Source of the DNA: Eledone cirrhosa
Lineage: Eukaryota
NCBI GenBank assembly: GCA_964016885.1
Contig: OZ024740.1
Span: 71,610,001 to 71,674,000, forward strand
Direction of reading: 5' to 3'
DNA: 64,000 nt
The stretch's first letter is position 1. Each line of letters starts with the position of its first letter. Made by a program: the position numbers and the translations under genes. Positions 41,066-54,220 of this stretch are shown here, piece after piece. Below the pieces are notes generated by a model that searched no databases, was not told where the DNA came from, and worked only from the letters and a program-made list of their open reading frames with translations.

Positions 41066-42370
41066 CAAAATGATGTTGAGGTTGATGCATTGAACAGTGA
41101 AATTTATTGAATATGATTAATACAAGAACAGTTGGGTGTCACACTGTCTTAGTGGTTCTGAGTTCAAATTCTGTAAGAGCCGATTTGGTATTTGATCACA
41201 GTAAGTTAAATTATAGTCAGTAGCTACCCTAATAAGAGGTAGAAACCTAAACATATATACAATCTCTGGCATGTTGAGTTTATAAGATCAGCTACAACAG
41301 TCCTGGAATTAAAAGTTTATAAGGAGATAGAGAGGGACAGGATAATGATGGATAAGTTTGTTTCTTTGCCAATAAAATTAATAGATTTCCAAAAGTCTGG
41401 ATTTCCTTACAGGGCAGAGATCTTTCTAAAATATTTTACTTTAGTTGATGATGGTGATGTATATTATGATAGTTGAAAGTATAGTAATTTTGTTTCTAAA
41501 AATATTTTCTTCAAAATATTTACATATGTGCAAGAAAATGTGTTAGATTATGCCAGGTGTGTGAATCTCTGGTAAAAGCATTCAACAACCAGACACAGTT
41601 GCTAGTATAAATGTTGGCTTCATCTTTTTAAATTACTTTCCTGCATTATGCTTTCATTGTGTGAGGTGTGTTGAATGAAAAGACTTCAAAAGAAGAATGA
41701 TTGCCAAAATAAATAATGAAAAAGCTCAACAAGATTTACTGATTATGGCTAAAACAGGAATTATTGCAGTTGATTTTATAAAGGTTTTCAGTTTAAAAAC
41801 AGTTCTGATATTTTTATTATTATTACAATGATGCCCTTATCAATTATAACTACTCAATCATGAAGTATGAGTATAGTTATTGCTAAATATTTAAACATCT
41901 GAGATGAATTGTTGTTAATAAAATTATAATTTTTCAAATTATTGACCTCACCTTTAGATGAAATAATTGTGTTCAATATTCACATAAAAACTTTGTTTTG
42001 ATCAGTTTGATCTCTGATCTCTCTCAGCTGTCATATTTTTGGATGTTTACAACTGGAGTTAAAATATAGTTTAGTCCATCAATATACCTTTTCCTCTTCT
42101 ATTCTCTCAAGAGAAACAGAAGTGATTCGTGCCTGGAACTTGCAACTCCAGATGTGGCCAAAATGCATTTTGTTGGGGTGGAAGTGGAAGCAAACCCCCA
42201 GCCTTCACCAATCCTGATTATTCATAAAATAGTAACTCTTCTATCTTCTAACAAGATAAAAAATTTGGTTTCTCAATGAGGTTGTATTTTTCAAACCACT
42301 CCTTGTTTTTTGACAACTAAATTGTATAGGAGCTGTTAGAGCTGCATCATTCAACAGTTTTCTTCTTTTT

Positions 42371-42601
42371 TTGGACTAAAATAAGATATAGTTCTTTATT
42401 TGCCACAAGGGCGCATAAGAAAAGGGGAAAATACAAAGACACATGCCAGGGATTTTACATATAGTTGTGTAAAGATATTGAAACAAACAATTATAACAAT
42501 CGAAATCCCCAATAGGGGGGGAAGTGCCACAAATGGGTTGTTTAATACCCCGTCGATAGAACAACCCTCAACTTCAGGAGCGTGTTGGACTAAAATAAGA
42601 T
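42371..42601 (-). mobile_element. 197-bp retroposed 3' fragment with 17-bp target-site duplication
   Basis: TTGGACTAAAATAAGAT at 42371-87 and 42585-601; the insert ends on the minus strand with ccttgtggcaAATAAAgaactat. Confidence 0.85.
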
Positions 42602-45600
42602 GAATCCTTGTACAGTTTGGTAGTTGTTTAGTGGTAAAAACCTTTACATTCTACTTCCACTGTTAACAGAGTTCAATTCCATTTGGCTTGTATGTTGGCC
42701 ATTAGTTCTACATATATTTTTCTTTTCATCTATTACTATTGTATAGCTATGGTACTTGAACAGATATATGTCTTGGAGAAAGCTGATCAATCAAAGCAGT
42801 TGAACAGTATTTTTATCTGTAGCTATAACCTTGATTTGGCAGACATATAATCAAATGAATTCCTGCTACCACCACCCTATCTTTTTAGGAGTGTGTAGGA
42901 CTATATTAGCTAATGTGTCCTTTGCTTATGAATTTTATGAAAATTTCACTGGTGTTTCTAGTAGGTTGAGTAGCCTTCTGGTAAAGATCCAACAGTTATA
43001 ACCATTTTGTTTATATTGTGTGTATTCTGTGCTAAGAACTGAAAAGATAATAGCTAGAGTAAGAAAGAAGAAATTTTAGTTTTCTTTCTCCATACAAAAT
43101 GCCGATTGTATGAAACATGTATAAGAAGCATGATGTTGGATTGTAGCATGATTTAGGTAGTAAATATGGAATATTTCTAGTTTTTACTGTATATACTGGA
43201 ATATATGCCAAACCAAATATAAGCCCCCTGCTATTTTATGTCTCTATAATGGGAAAAAATTCAAGCCCCATTTATAAGCCAACACATCATGTTTAAATGG
43301 TGCAGTTTTGAAATTCTCATGAGTGGAGAATATATTTATGAAGTTTTAACATGTTGATATTTAAAATGTTTTAAGTGTGATTTAGAGAATAGTTTTTGTT
43401 TCACAACTCCATTACATAATGATGTTTTACCATTTCATCCTTTTTATAAAGTTTCATCAAGTTTCTTGAATCTTTTTTTACTTCTGTTTACTCAAATGCT
43501 GGGAGTATTTTTTTTTTTTCTTTAGCAGAAAATTACTAAGATTTGATATATTATCAGCCTACCCTTTTACCCAATAGACATATATTTTGAGTTGAAGATG
43601 TTAAAAAAACAACAAATTTTTTAGCCATTATGGAAATCATTAAAACACTAGTGGGATATCAGAACTATGTGCAAGGGGACATAAGGAATAGGGAATAGTT
43701 GTAAGAAAAAGATTGTTTAAGAGAACATTGTATAAGGATTCAGAGTAGAATGGGGAGGGAGAGACAGCAAGCGAGAGAAGGGAAAGAGAGCAAGAGCAAT
43801 AATATACAAGTAAGATTAAATGAAAAATTATTAAGTCACAGAGAAAAAACAGTCGGTGTACTTGTGCATAGGGAATATTTATGTATTAAAAAGTTCAGAT
43901 TATAAGCATTTGTTGGGGATATTCTCAAGGAAATGCATGAATGTAGAAAAACAGTGTTTCATTGTAACTCCAAATATTTTAGCACCTTATTTACATAGAA
44001 CTTGCAGTTGGAGAAAATCATCAAAATATTGACCTCAAATATATGCCAACCATCCATTTTTACCATCAATTTGTTTTTTTGCCACATATTTCTCAGCTTC
44101 TATACAAGTATATATGGTAATTGAATGTGATTTGTTGGGCTTGCAACAATAATTTAGAGTAGAGTGAGATATTGATTCAAGGAATAGGGCAAGGGAAATG
44201 AAAAAAAAAAGGACTGGGCATTAATGGTATTTGTTGATGTGGGCTGAAGGATTAGCTATGTCTGATAGTAGAAGACAAAGGAAGATAGGAAGAGGTAGTG
44301 TGGTTAGATCTTGAAATATTAGGTTTTATAGCCAAAGTGACACAAGATTATGAAGAAAAATGATATGCTGTTACACAGATCTTTCTAATCCAATGCACTT
44401 TGGAAAAATATAGTTTTTAAAGCTATGACAAACATGCTGGCACCACTCCCTGCTTATTTTAAAGATTGTTAAGGATTTTGTTGTAGTAAATTGGTTCACT
44501 TCATTAAATAAACCAGGAATGAGCCAGCAAGTGAACTTTTACAAGACTGCTTGATCTGCTAGAAATAGCAGCCAAATCTTCTTCAAATTACATTTTACCA
44601 TTTTAAATAAAGAAGCACACAGGATCTTGGCTTGAATGCCCTTAACCATACTTGCTCAATCAAACTATTCTTTTGATTTTTGTTAATGGGTTTCAGGCCT
44701 GCACACTCATTTACACACACATACAAACATATGCACTTGCTCGCACACTAACACACATACACAATGGGCTTTCACACAGTTTTTTACTTCTAAATTTTAC
44801 TCATAAGATCGATCAGTTGAAGGCTACAGTAGAAAACATTTGCTCAGTGTTGTGCAATAGAATTGAACCTAACATCACATATTTGTGAAGTCAACTTCTT
44901 AACCATTTAGCTTTGCTAGCAGCTATGTATTTATCTATTTTAATTATTGATATTGACTATTGTAAGATTGGAACTGATAGACATTATTAGTAGAACCAAT
45001 TCCTTTGGCTGACTTGACCTAAATTGCATTGTTTCAACTTCAACATTAACTACATTTCTATTCTATGCAAGCCTCATCTGCTTAGCTTGTGACTCATATT
45101 TTTGTCTCATACTTTGGTCAGTTAAATTTGAGGAAATAATTCATAAATTTCTCTCTTCCTCTCCTTCTCTCCCCTATCCCACCGCCCCGTCTCCCCTATC
45201 TCCCCCTCTTCTCTCCCCCTCTCCTCTCTCACCCCTATCTCCCCCCCTCTCACCCCCCCCCTCTCTATTTATTTGATTCTCTGTCCCTCTCCTCTACTGC
45301 CATATAAACTTTTATCCTCCACTGAAGGCAAAAATGAACAACTGATGAATTGAATAAGATGAATAATAACCAATACATGAAATGACAGATAGATCTAAAC
45401 AAAAAGGAAAATTGAAATACAACAAATTAGCCATTATGCCGAGGGAAGGATTACCAAATCTATTAGTTTGTGTTCCTAAAACAATTTCGTGTGAAACGAA
45501 GATAGTTTTGCTTCTGTTACATTTAATGGTGGAGGTAATGGTGGTGTGCTGGTTGTTAGCAGTAGTCATAATGGAATTAGAAACATATACAGACAGAACT

Positions 45601-46141
45601 TGCATTTGCATTACAGTGTGCATTTTTTTTTTTTTACAGTTGTTTACACATCTCTTCTGGTATTTGATATTGTAGGTTTTGGCATTCAATGTATTGAAAT
45701 AATTGAGAGAGAGAGAGAGAGAGACCGGTGAAGGACTGTAAGTAAGATAAGTTATCCTGCAGAGAAGGAAGGGGAGAAAAGAGTATCATCATGATCATCA
45801 AAAGTCCACTTTTTCATGCTTGCATGGGTATATATATATATATATATATATATAATAAATGTAATCTGAGCTTTTCAAATATTAATAATAATATTCGATT
45901 TGTTTGCAATTATGCAAACAGCCTCTTTTATAAGCCATGTCAGTAGATTGAGCCCTTCATTCTCGCTCGTGTTGGCATGCAAACAGAACTACAGACACTA
46001 ATGTTCTGCGTGATTACCCTTCATCAGTGCAGTTTACTGCTTACCTGCCAACTGTCAGAGCTAGTGAAAATATGATATTTTCTGAAATATAATATTCAAA
46101 AAATGTACAGCGATAACTAGTTGTCAATTATATATATATAT

Positions 46142-46323
46142 AATTGTTTCTACTTTTGGCACAAGGCCATCAATTATCCAGTACATTATTGGTACTTTAT
46201 TTTATCGACCCCGTAAGGATGAAAGGCAAAGTTAACCTCGGCGGGATTTGAACCCAGACTGTAAAGGGACGTAACTATGCTGGAAAGCACGGCGTCCGAC
46301 CCTCTACCAATACTGCCAATCCA
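46142..46323 (-). mobile_element. Meta-domain SINE (young)
   Basis: Near-colinear reverse complement of 3859-4042; abuts a fragment of the RTE-tailed SINE middle domain at 46323-46420. Confidence 0.85.
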
Positions 46324-48584
46324 CTGGGTGCTTTTTGTCGTGGCACGACCACTTTACAGTGTAGGCTGGCTGCTTTTTGTTGTATTGACATCATGACCAC
46401 TTTAGTGTGGGCTGGGATTTTTGGTGGGAAGGGTGTGTGGGTATATGGGCGTGTGTGAGGGGCAGAGTTTTAGAAGTGTAGTAAAGGTAATAAGTATTCT
46501 AGTTGTTCAATCAATGAACAGCTTACTCATTAAATGATTAAGTGGATGAGTATTCCACAGATGTGTGTATTCTTAACATAATTCCAAGAGAGAATCAGCA
46601 AGACACAGTGTATGACAAAACTGGGTCTTTGAATTATAGGTACAATCCATCTGATTGGCTTCCAAACAGTTTTGTCTTTGTAATTTCACTCACAACACTT
46701 GGGTTACATAGTTGGATTGAAAGTTAAGAAGAAAATAACTGGTGTGAAATACCCAGGGATGTCTGCTGTACAAAAGCTTAACAGTAAAGTAGGTGCCAGT
46801 ATGCTTAATGTAGTAGCCAAGAAATTTCAATTAATTAAAGTTAATGAAATATGGAATGCAATGGGGAATGAGTCAGATCTTTTTATTTCTTCTGTCAAGT
46901 ATTCTAAGCAACCAATTTACTGTATGATATTTACCTTTTTGATCCTAAAAGATCTCACATAATGATAAGTGATGGAATGAATCATCCACTTTGAATGAAT
47001 AAATAATCTTTTCTGCATGTACTGAATATTTTTCTTCTATTTGTTCATTAAAGTGTGTGTGTGTATACATGCACACATACACATAAATACATATGAACAC
47101 ACATGCACATTCTTTTATTCTTTTACTAGTTTCAATTATTTTTCTGTGGCTCTGTCTTAAAAAGTTCTAGTTGTTAATATTGACACCATTATTTTTTCAA
47201 TCTATATTTATTGAATAACTTGCAGTTCAATGGGTTAACCCTGTCACACTGAATATTCCTGAGAATCATGTTCAGGCTAAATGTGTTTGTAGAATGAATA
47301 CTCATCCACTTATATGTTAATTTAATAAACAGTCTGTTCCATTTATTGAACAGCTAGGACACTCGTTGGTACCAATGAAGGTCTATAGTATAGAAAAAGC
47401 GTTTTTTTCATTTTACTTTTTCAAAATTTGTTATTCTAAATCATTCAACCAGTTATATACTAGTGTATGTGAATATTGTTTGGTAAGTGGAATTAGTTGA
47501 ATTGATTAGAATGGTGCTTATTTTTTGTAATTCACTGCTAAAGAGATCAGAGAAACATTTTGCCATTTTCTTTCTCGAAAATGAAAGTATGCGTTTTTAA
47601 CATAGATATAAGGCCATAATTGTTTTTTTTAATTGGTATTTATTGAAAGGCAAAGTTGGTTCCAGTGGAGTTTGAATTCAGAACATTAAGCAATATCACT
47701 AAATACCATAAGGCTTTACTAATTCTACCAATGAAAATATTAGTCCTATAAAAGTATGTATATATGTTGCACAACTAGTTGACTATTTATTATATACTGC
47801 TCTTCTATTTCCCCTCTGAATTTAGAAACATGTCCATCATAATGGGGTGTAGATCTCTTAAGATTACTAAAAAACATTATCCTTTGTTGTTTGTGTGTTG
47901 CCATTCATACATATTAAATATATGCAAAGGCAAAAAGCAAAAGAAATCAAGTAACTAAGATAAGATAAAATAAATAGATAAAATAAGCAATTTTATGCAA
48001 GAATCACGTGAACAGTGTACAAATTTGATGATGTTGTTAGCAATGATGATATATTTAAAAAATGGATTTCCTAGTATTGATCTCTCACCATTGTTGCTTT
48101 TATAGTCATTGATTGATTATATGAATGTGATAAAGAATGGCCGAAATGATAAAGCTTTATGGAGATCTTTGTATAGTATGTAGTCCAAGTCAGTGTCTTG
48201 CATATCCCTGCTCTAAAATTGTTGGTTAGTAGGTGGGAGGTAGTTGACTTCAATTTTCATTCTTTTCTTTCCAAGGTCAGTAACAAAGTACCAATACTAT
48301 ACTTCAGTTGATTCAATTGATTATATTTGCTTTCCTTTAAAAAACAGCAACTAATAATAAAGATAGGTTTTGTGATGAAGTAAAAAAAAAAAATCATTAG
48401 TATATTGATTAATTAATAGAGTAAAATAATGGTCAAAGTGGGTTGGATACTCTGATATTGATGTTATTTTTGCCTGTATTGTGGGTGTGTAAACAGCTGA
48501 ACAAACATTATTTTACCAGCATTCTTATGTGTTCATTCCCTTTTTAATGGAAGGGCATAAGCCAAAAGGGTAGCCTGAATGTTG

Positions 48585-48785
48585 TCACTTGATCTGTTAG
48601 AAATAGCAGCCAATTGTCCTTCAAATCACATGCTGCCATCTTATAAAAAGAAGTGATTCATTGTGTAATATGGTTTTCTACACATTTTTACACATCTTTG
48701 GAAGGAAAAAATGGGTTAGTCACAGTTATAATGACTTTGATCAAATATTTGATCAGGTCTGACCCAGGGTTAAACAGCAGCAACA
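48585..48785 (+). mobile_element. (AAC)n-tailed SINE-like dispersed repeat
   Basis: cacttgatctgttagaaatagcagccaa..tcaaatcaca..ctgacccagggttaaacagcagcaac. Confidence 0.65.
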
Positions 48786-49064
48786 TCATTAGGGTATGTA
48801 TGCTGTTCAGAGATTTAGGACTTAAGATATCTGATGCCTATTTTATAGACACTAGAGAGTTTAAGAGAATTTTAGTTGCTAAATGGAGTTGATTCTATGA
48901 CAATGCATATATTATCTCATTGACTTGTGGAACTTTTTAACCCTCAGTATCTCACCATTCCTCAAATGCCTCTGCTCTTAAGACCAGCACACATATTGAG
49001 ATCTATTCAGTAGATAAAATTCACCTTGTGCTTTATCAAAATAAATCATTAATTAACAAACTGA

Positions 49065-49265
49065 AAGAGCCTTTACATGGTCATTGAATCTGCTAGAAAT
49101 AGTGACCAAATCTTCCTCAAATGAAACCTCATCATCTTAAACAAGGATGAAAACATTGGATAATGTACAATCCTGGATACCTCATAAAAGGATGGTCATG
49201 GCTGGAATGGCTTTTATCATAGATTTGCTTGATCAGGGGTACCGAGGGCTAAACAACAACAACAA
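49065..49265 (+). mobile_element. (AAC)n-tailed SINE-like dispersed repeat
   Basis: ctgctagaaatagtgaccaaatcttcctcaaa..gatggtcatggctggaatgg..gggctaaacaacaacaac. Confidence 0.7.
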
Positions 49266-49938
49266 ATCATTATTATATTGATTGATATATTTATTGTTTG
49301 GTTTGTAATTGTTTTGTCAATGTCTCTCTTCCCTTCTACATTCTCCTTCTCCTCTACTCAGTCATCCTATTTCTAAAACAAGTTCTGACTTCCTGAAATC
49401 TGAGAATAAAGTATCTGTAATGGCTTTGTATGAGGGAGTGTTGAGAGAGAGAAATGGAGGGAGAGAGGCAAAGGATGAAAAGTGGGGGAAGAATTGGTGA
49501 GAAATATTATAACTGACAACGTGAAAATGATATTAATGGAAAGGAAAGAGGAAGAGAGTGAGAAAATGAAAGAAGAGAGGCAGTATATGAGTGACAAAAG
49601 GAGAGATGGAGAGAGACTAAGTAAATGTGAAATAAAGAAGAGATGAAGAGAGAAAGTGGAGAGAAGGAAAGAAAGTGAGAGAGAGAGAGAGATGCTGTTA
49701 ATCTAATTAGAAGGCTAAGATATATCTGATGTAGTTAAAACATACATGTTCAACAATCAACTACAATGTACAGACACATATTTACACACACAAATGCAGG
49801 CGCCATTCCATCAAATAGACAATGGATTTCTAAGTATATATATATATATATATGCATACAAAAGGTAAACAACAAAGCAAACAACGCAATATAATGAAAA
49901 ATATATAAGTTTAATGCTTGGTATAGTAGGAAAAGTGT

Positions 49939-49972
49939 CTTTACGTTTCAGACACTAGTCCTTCATCAGAAG
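49939..49972 (-). ncRNA. Minimal type I hammerhead ribozyme in a Penelope-type pLTR fragment (~49860-50045)
   Basis: Minus strand CTT-CTGATGA-A-GGAC-tagt-GTCT-GAAA-C-GTA-AAG: complete core, helix II, 3-bp helix I, palindromic ACGT helix III. Confidence 0.7.
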
Positions 49973-50054
49973 GTAGAAGAAATGAAAATAAAAGATGAAA
50001 TAGATAGAGAAGAGGAAGGAATGGAAAGATTTTTTTCTTTTCTTAGAAAAAGTA

Positions 50055-50086
<32 letters not shown>

Positions 50087-50095
50087 TATATATAT

Positions 50096-53000
50096 ATGAC
50101 AAATTCGCCTCATGCTGCCGGACGAAAGGGCAAGGCCCCCTCCTCTTTGTTTCGGCCGCGGATGGCCAACATAACCCCAACCCCATCCCCCTCACCCATC
50201 CCTGCGCCCCATCCTCCAAACACAATCCAAAACTTCAGAGTTGGTACCATAAATGTAGGCACCTTAAAAGGCCGCTCTAACGAGGTTGTAGAAATGCTTG
50301 AACGTAAGGAGGTTGATGTTTGCTGTATCCAAGAGACCAGGTGGAGGGGCGGGTCTGCTAGATTCATTGTGGGTAAAAAACGTTGCTATAAGCTTTTCTG
50401 GGTGGGAAATGACAATGGGATAGGTGGGGTAGGAATCATGTTAGCAGAAAAATGGGTGGATAAGATAATAGATGTAAATAGAGTAAATGACAGAATAATT
50501 AAAATAAGACTTGTTCTAAATAGAACTACTGTGACAGTAATATCTGCATACGCGCCCCAATCCGGACTGCCTGGCACTATAAAAGACAGATTCTTTGAGA
50601 CAATGATGCTCACTACCTCCCAAATAACCGACAGTGACTATATAATTATTGCTGGCGACCTAAATGGCCACGTTGGTCAACATTGTGACGGCTATGATGG
50701 AATCCACGGAGGCTATGGGTTTGGTACTAGAAATGAGGAAGGCTCCAGAATCCTGGAATTCTGTGATGTAAATAACCTAACTGCCTGTAACACTAACTTC
50801 AAAAAACGAGACAATCACTTGATCACCTACAGATCAGGGGAAACATACCAGCCAGGTAGATTATATCCTTACCAGAAGACGTGACAGAGTGTCTGTTGTA
50901 AACACTAAATCCCTCCCCCATGAAGAATGCACCTCCCAACATAGACTCATAGTCAGTGACCTCATAGTCAGGACGAGACGTACTCGACAGCAGAAGAGGA
51001 CTATCCTCAGGAGAAAAATATGGAAGCTAAAGGACCCCACAGCCAGAAATAAATTTAAAAGCATATTACTTGATGCTTTCGACAGTAAGGAAGAGCAATT
51101 AGAGTCGTATAATATAGAGGAACAGTGGGAATTCCTGAAAGCAAACCTGCTGATGGCGGCAGACGAAGTCTGTGGCTGGAGCAGTCCTGTAGGCAGGAGG
51201 AGAGTAACATGGTGGTGGAACAGTAAGGTGGAGGAGTCAATTAAGGCCAAAAAGCAGGCTTGGAAACTATGGCGGGATGGGGGAAGTAGAGAAGACTATC
51301 AAGTGGCCAGGAGGGAGGCTAGGAGACAAGTGTACTTCGCAAGAAGGGAAGCAGAGGAAAGAAAGTTCAAGTATGTTCGACAACGCGAGGACCAAAAACG
51401 TGAGGTGTTCAGGATTGCTAGGCAATGTGTCAAGGAAAACCGTGATATTGTCGGGGAGAAGTGTGTACTTAATGATGATGGCGTACTTGCCATCACTGAC
51501 GCTGATAAGAAGGTAGCTTGGAAGTGTCACTACGAAAGGCTACTAAATGAGGAGAATAAACGGGAGAAAGACAGTCTACCCCACATCGACCCAATAGAGG
51601 GACCAGCAGTGTTAGTCGAAGGTAGTATAATAAGTAAGGCAATCAAAGATATGAAGACGGGTAAGGCGGTTGGGCCTTCGGAAATAGTTGCTGAGATGCT
51701 GAAAGCCTCTGGAACGGTGGGACACACCATGGTCACCCGGATAGTAAACCAAGTCATACAGAATGGGGTTGTTCCGAAGGACTGGCATAGCAGCATCATC
51801 ATTAACTGCTACAAGGGTAAAGGAGACGCCCTAGATAGGAGTAACTATAGAGGCATTAAATTAATCGACCAGGTCATGAAGGTCACGGAAAAAGTAATAG
51901 CGCAACTAATCAGAGAGAATCGATCTAGATGAAATGCAGTTCGGGTTTGTGTCAGGCAAAAATACCACAGACGCTCTTTTCATTGTACGACAACTACAGG
52001 AGAAGTACCTAGCTAAAAGTAACCCCCTATACTTAGCTTTTGTCGACTTGGAGAAAGCCTTCGACAGAGTCCCCCGTTCCATTATCTGGTGGGCTCTTAG
52101 AAAACTAGGTGTTGATGAATGGCTTGTGAGAGCTATACAAGCCATGTATAAAGAAACAGTCAGCAAGGTTAGAATTAACAACGAATATAGTGAAGAGTTT
52201 AGCGTAAAAGTTGGTGTTCATCAGGGCTCTGTTCTGAGCCCCCTACTATTTATTATTGCCCTTCAGGCTATAACAGTGGAGTTCAAGACCGGCTGCCCAT
52301 GGGAACTCCTATACGCAGATGATCTCACGCTCATAGCTGAATCAATGGCCGAGCTAGAGAAGAAATTCCAAACATGGAAGCACGGTCTAGAATCAAAAGG
52401 CCTTAAAATTAACCTGGCTAAGACTAAAGTTCTAGTTTGTAGGAAAGAAAATAAGGCGCCGGTCCCTTCCGGGAAATGGCCATGCTCAGTGTGTAGGAAA
52501 GGCGTAGGTAGAAACTCCATTTTATGTCCCAAATGCAAAGTATGGGTGCATAAAAGATGTAGTGGGATCATAGGCAAGCTAACTAAGAACATAGATTTTA
52601 CATGTGGCCGGTGCTCTGGTGCAATAAGTAGCAGCAAGTGCCCATGAAATACTAGCTCTTTCAATTGTGCAGAGGGTTCTATAGAAATAGTGGACAGCTT
52701 CCGTTACCTGGGTGACAAAATCAGCAGTGGGGGAGGGTGCTCTGAAAGTACAGTAGCTAGAGTCAGAACTGGATGGAAAAAGTTCAGAGAGCTTATACCA
52801 CTATTGGCCGCTAAAGGGTTCTCCCTAAAAATGAAAGGCAGGCTGTATGATGACTGCCTACGAACAGCAATGTTGCATGGCAGTGAGACCTGGGCATTGT
52901 GTGCAGAGGATATACGCAGACTAGAGAGGAACAAAGCTTGCATGCTCCGCTGGATGTGTAATAGTAATATACGCGAACGGCAAAGCATAAACGAACTAAG

Positions 53001-53268
53001 GGAAAAATTAGAAATAAGAGGGATCAGATGTTGTTTACTCGAGAGAAGGCTACGTTGGTATGGTCACGTAATGCGCATGAAAGACGACAGCTGTATAAAA
53101 AAGTGCAGGGCAATAAAGATAGACGGTAGCCACGGAGTAGGCAGACCCAGAAAAACCTGGGACGACCTGATAAACTCCGACCTCACACACTTACACCTCT
53201 CCAAGACAATGTCACTGGACCGAGATCTTTGGCGGCACTCAGTAATAGAGAAGACACGCCTTACCTAA
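50096..53268 (+). pseudogene. RTE ORF (APE endonuclease + RT + PHD finger), disrupted
   Basis: [42 protein letters not shown]; +1 frameshift near 50843, -2 near 51918, TGA at 52645-47. Confidence 0.95.
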
Positions 53269-53658
53269 ATACAAAGTAAAACCTACTACAGTCAGTAGGC
53301 ATCTCTAACAAAATACACCCCCGTCCCAGCACCCCCACCCCATCCACACCGCCCCTTTCAATGTAAAGTTATGTTGGTGCCACAACATCCAGGCCGAAAC
53401 AAATGAGATCGTGTAGGTGTCACGCCAAAAATCACACAGTCCACGCTGTAATGTGGCCGTGTAGGCAACACGGTAAAAACCTCCCAGCCCCACACTGTAA
53501 ATGTGGTTGGTGTTAGGAAGGGCATCCAGCTGTAGAAAACCCGCCAGACAGTCCTATGCGAGCAAGACAACCACTCTTGCCTCAAGTGGGAAAACTCCCG
53601 TCCAAACCCATGCAAGCGTGGAACATGGACGTTAAACGATGATGATGATGATGATGAT
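50096..53658 (+). mobile_element. RTE-clade LINE copy B, near full-length, with target-site duplication
   Basis: Whole ORF region, 3'UTR and (GAT)n tail; TGTGTAATATAAT plus (TA)n at 50073 and again at 53660. Confidence 0.95.
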
Positions 53659-53687
53659 ATGTGTAATATAATTATATATATATATAT

Positions 53688-53886
53688 CATCATTATCATC
53701 ATTTTACGTCCACTTTTCCCTGCTTGCAAAGGTGGGACGGGAACTGATTCTGGCTTGATTTCTACAGCTGGATGCCCTTCCTAACACCAACCTCATTTAC
53801 AGTGAGTGCTGGGTGCTTTTTTTGCCGTGGCACCTCCACGACCACTTTGCAGTGGAATGATATGCACCCTCATTTCTACAGATGAG
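53688..53886 (-). mobile_element. 5'-truncated copy of the RTE-tailed SINE
   Basis: Reverse complement of the 3' half of 37731-38121, tail next to (TA)n. Confidence 0.85.
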
Positions 53887-54220
53887 AAGTACCTAGTTAA
53901 AAGTAAACCCCTATACTTAGCTTTTATAAACCTGGAGAAAGCCTTTGACAGCGTCCCCCGCCCCATTATCTGGTGGGCTCTTAGAAAACTAGTAGATGAA
54001 TGGCTTGTGAGAGCTACACAAGCCATGTATAAAGAAACGGTCAGCAAGGTTAGAATTAACAACGAATATAGTGAAGAGTTTAGCGTAAAAGTTGGTGTTC
54101 ATCAGGGCTCCAAGTTATAATGGAGGAGTTCAAGACTGGCTGCCCATGGGAACTTCTATACGCAGATGATCTAACGCTCATAGCTGAATCAATGGCTGAA
54201 CTAGAGAGGAAATTCCAAAC
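53884..54220 (+). pseudogene. Internal RTE RT fragment
   Basis: EKYL..PLYLAF..LEKAFD.VPR..VGVHQGS, short deletion, then GCPWELLYADDL; matches 52000-52372 with more substitutions. Confidence 0.9.

Noticed and set aside
42090-42280. Polypyrimidine-AG followed by about 55 open codons
   Set aside because: No recognisable protein and no partner exons; needs RNA-seq to reconsider
45150-45300. C-rich polypyrimidine tract with G-quadruplex or triplex potential
   Set aside because: Low-complexity sequence with no evidence of function
45990-46030. Hammerhead-like CTGATGAagggtaatcacgcAGAAC on the minus strand
   Set aside because: GAAA box and helices are broken; at most a dead pLTR relic in (TA)n
49982-50095. 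N-terminal extension of the 300-aa endonuclease ORF
   Set aside because: Read-through from the pLTR fragment and TG/TA microsatellite outside the RTE boundary
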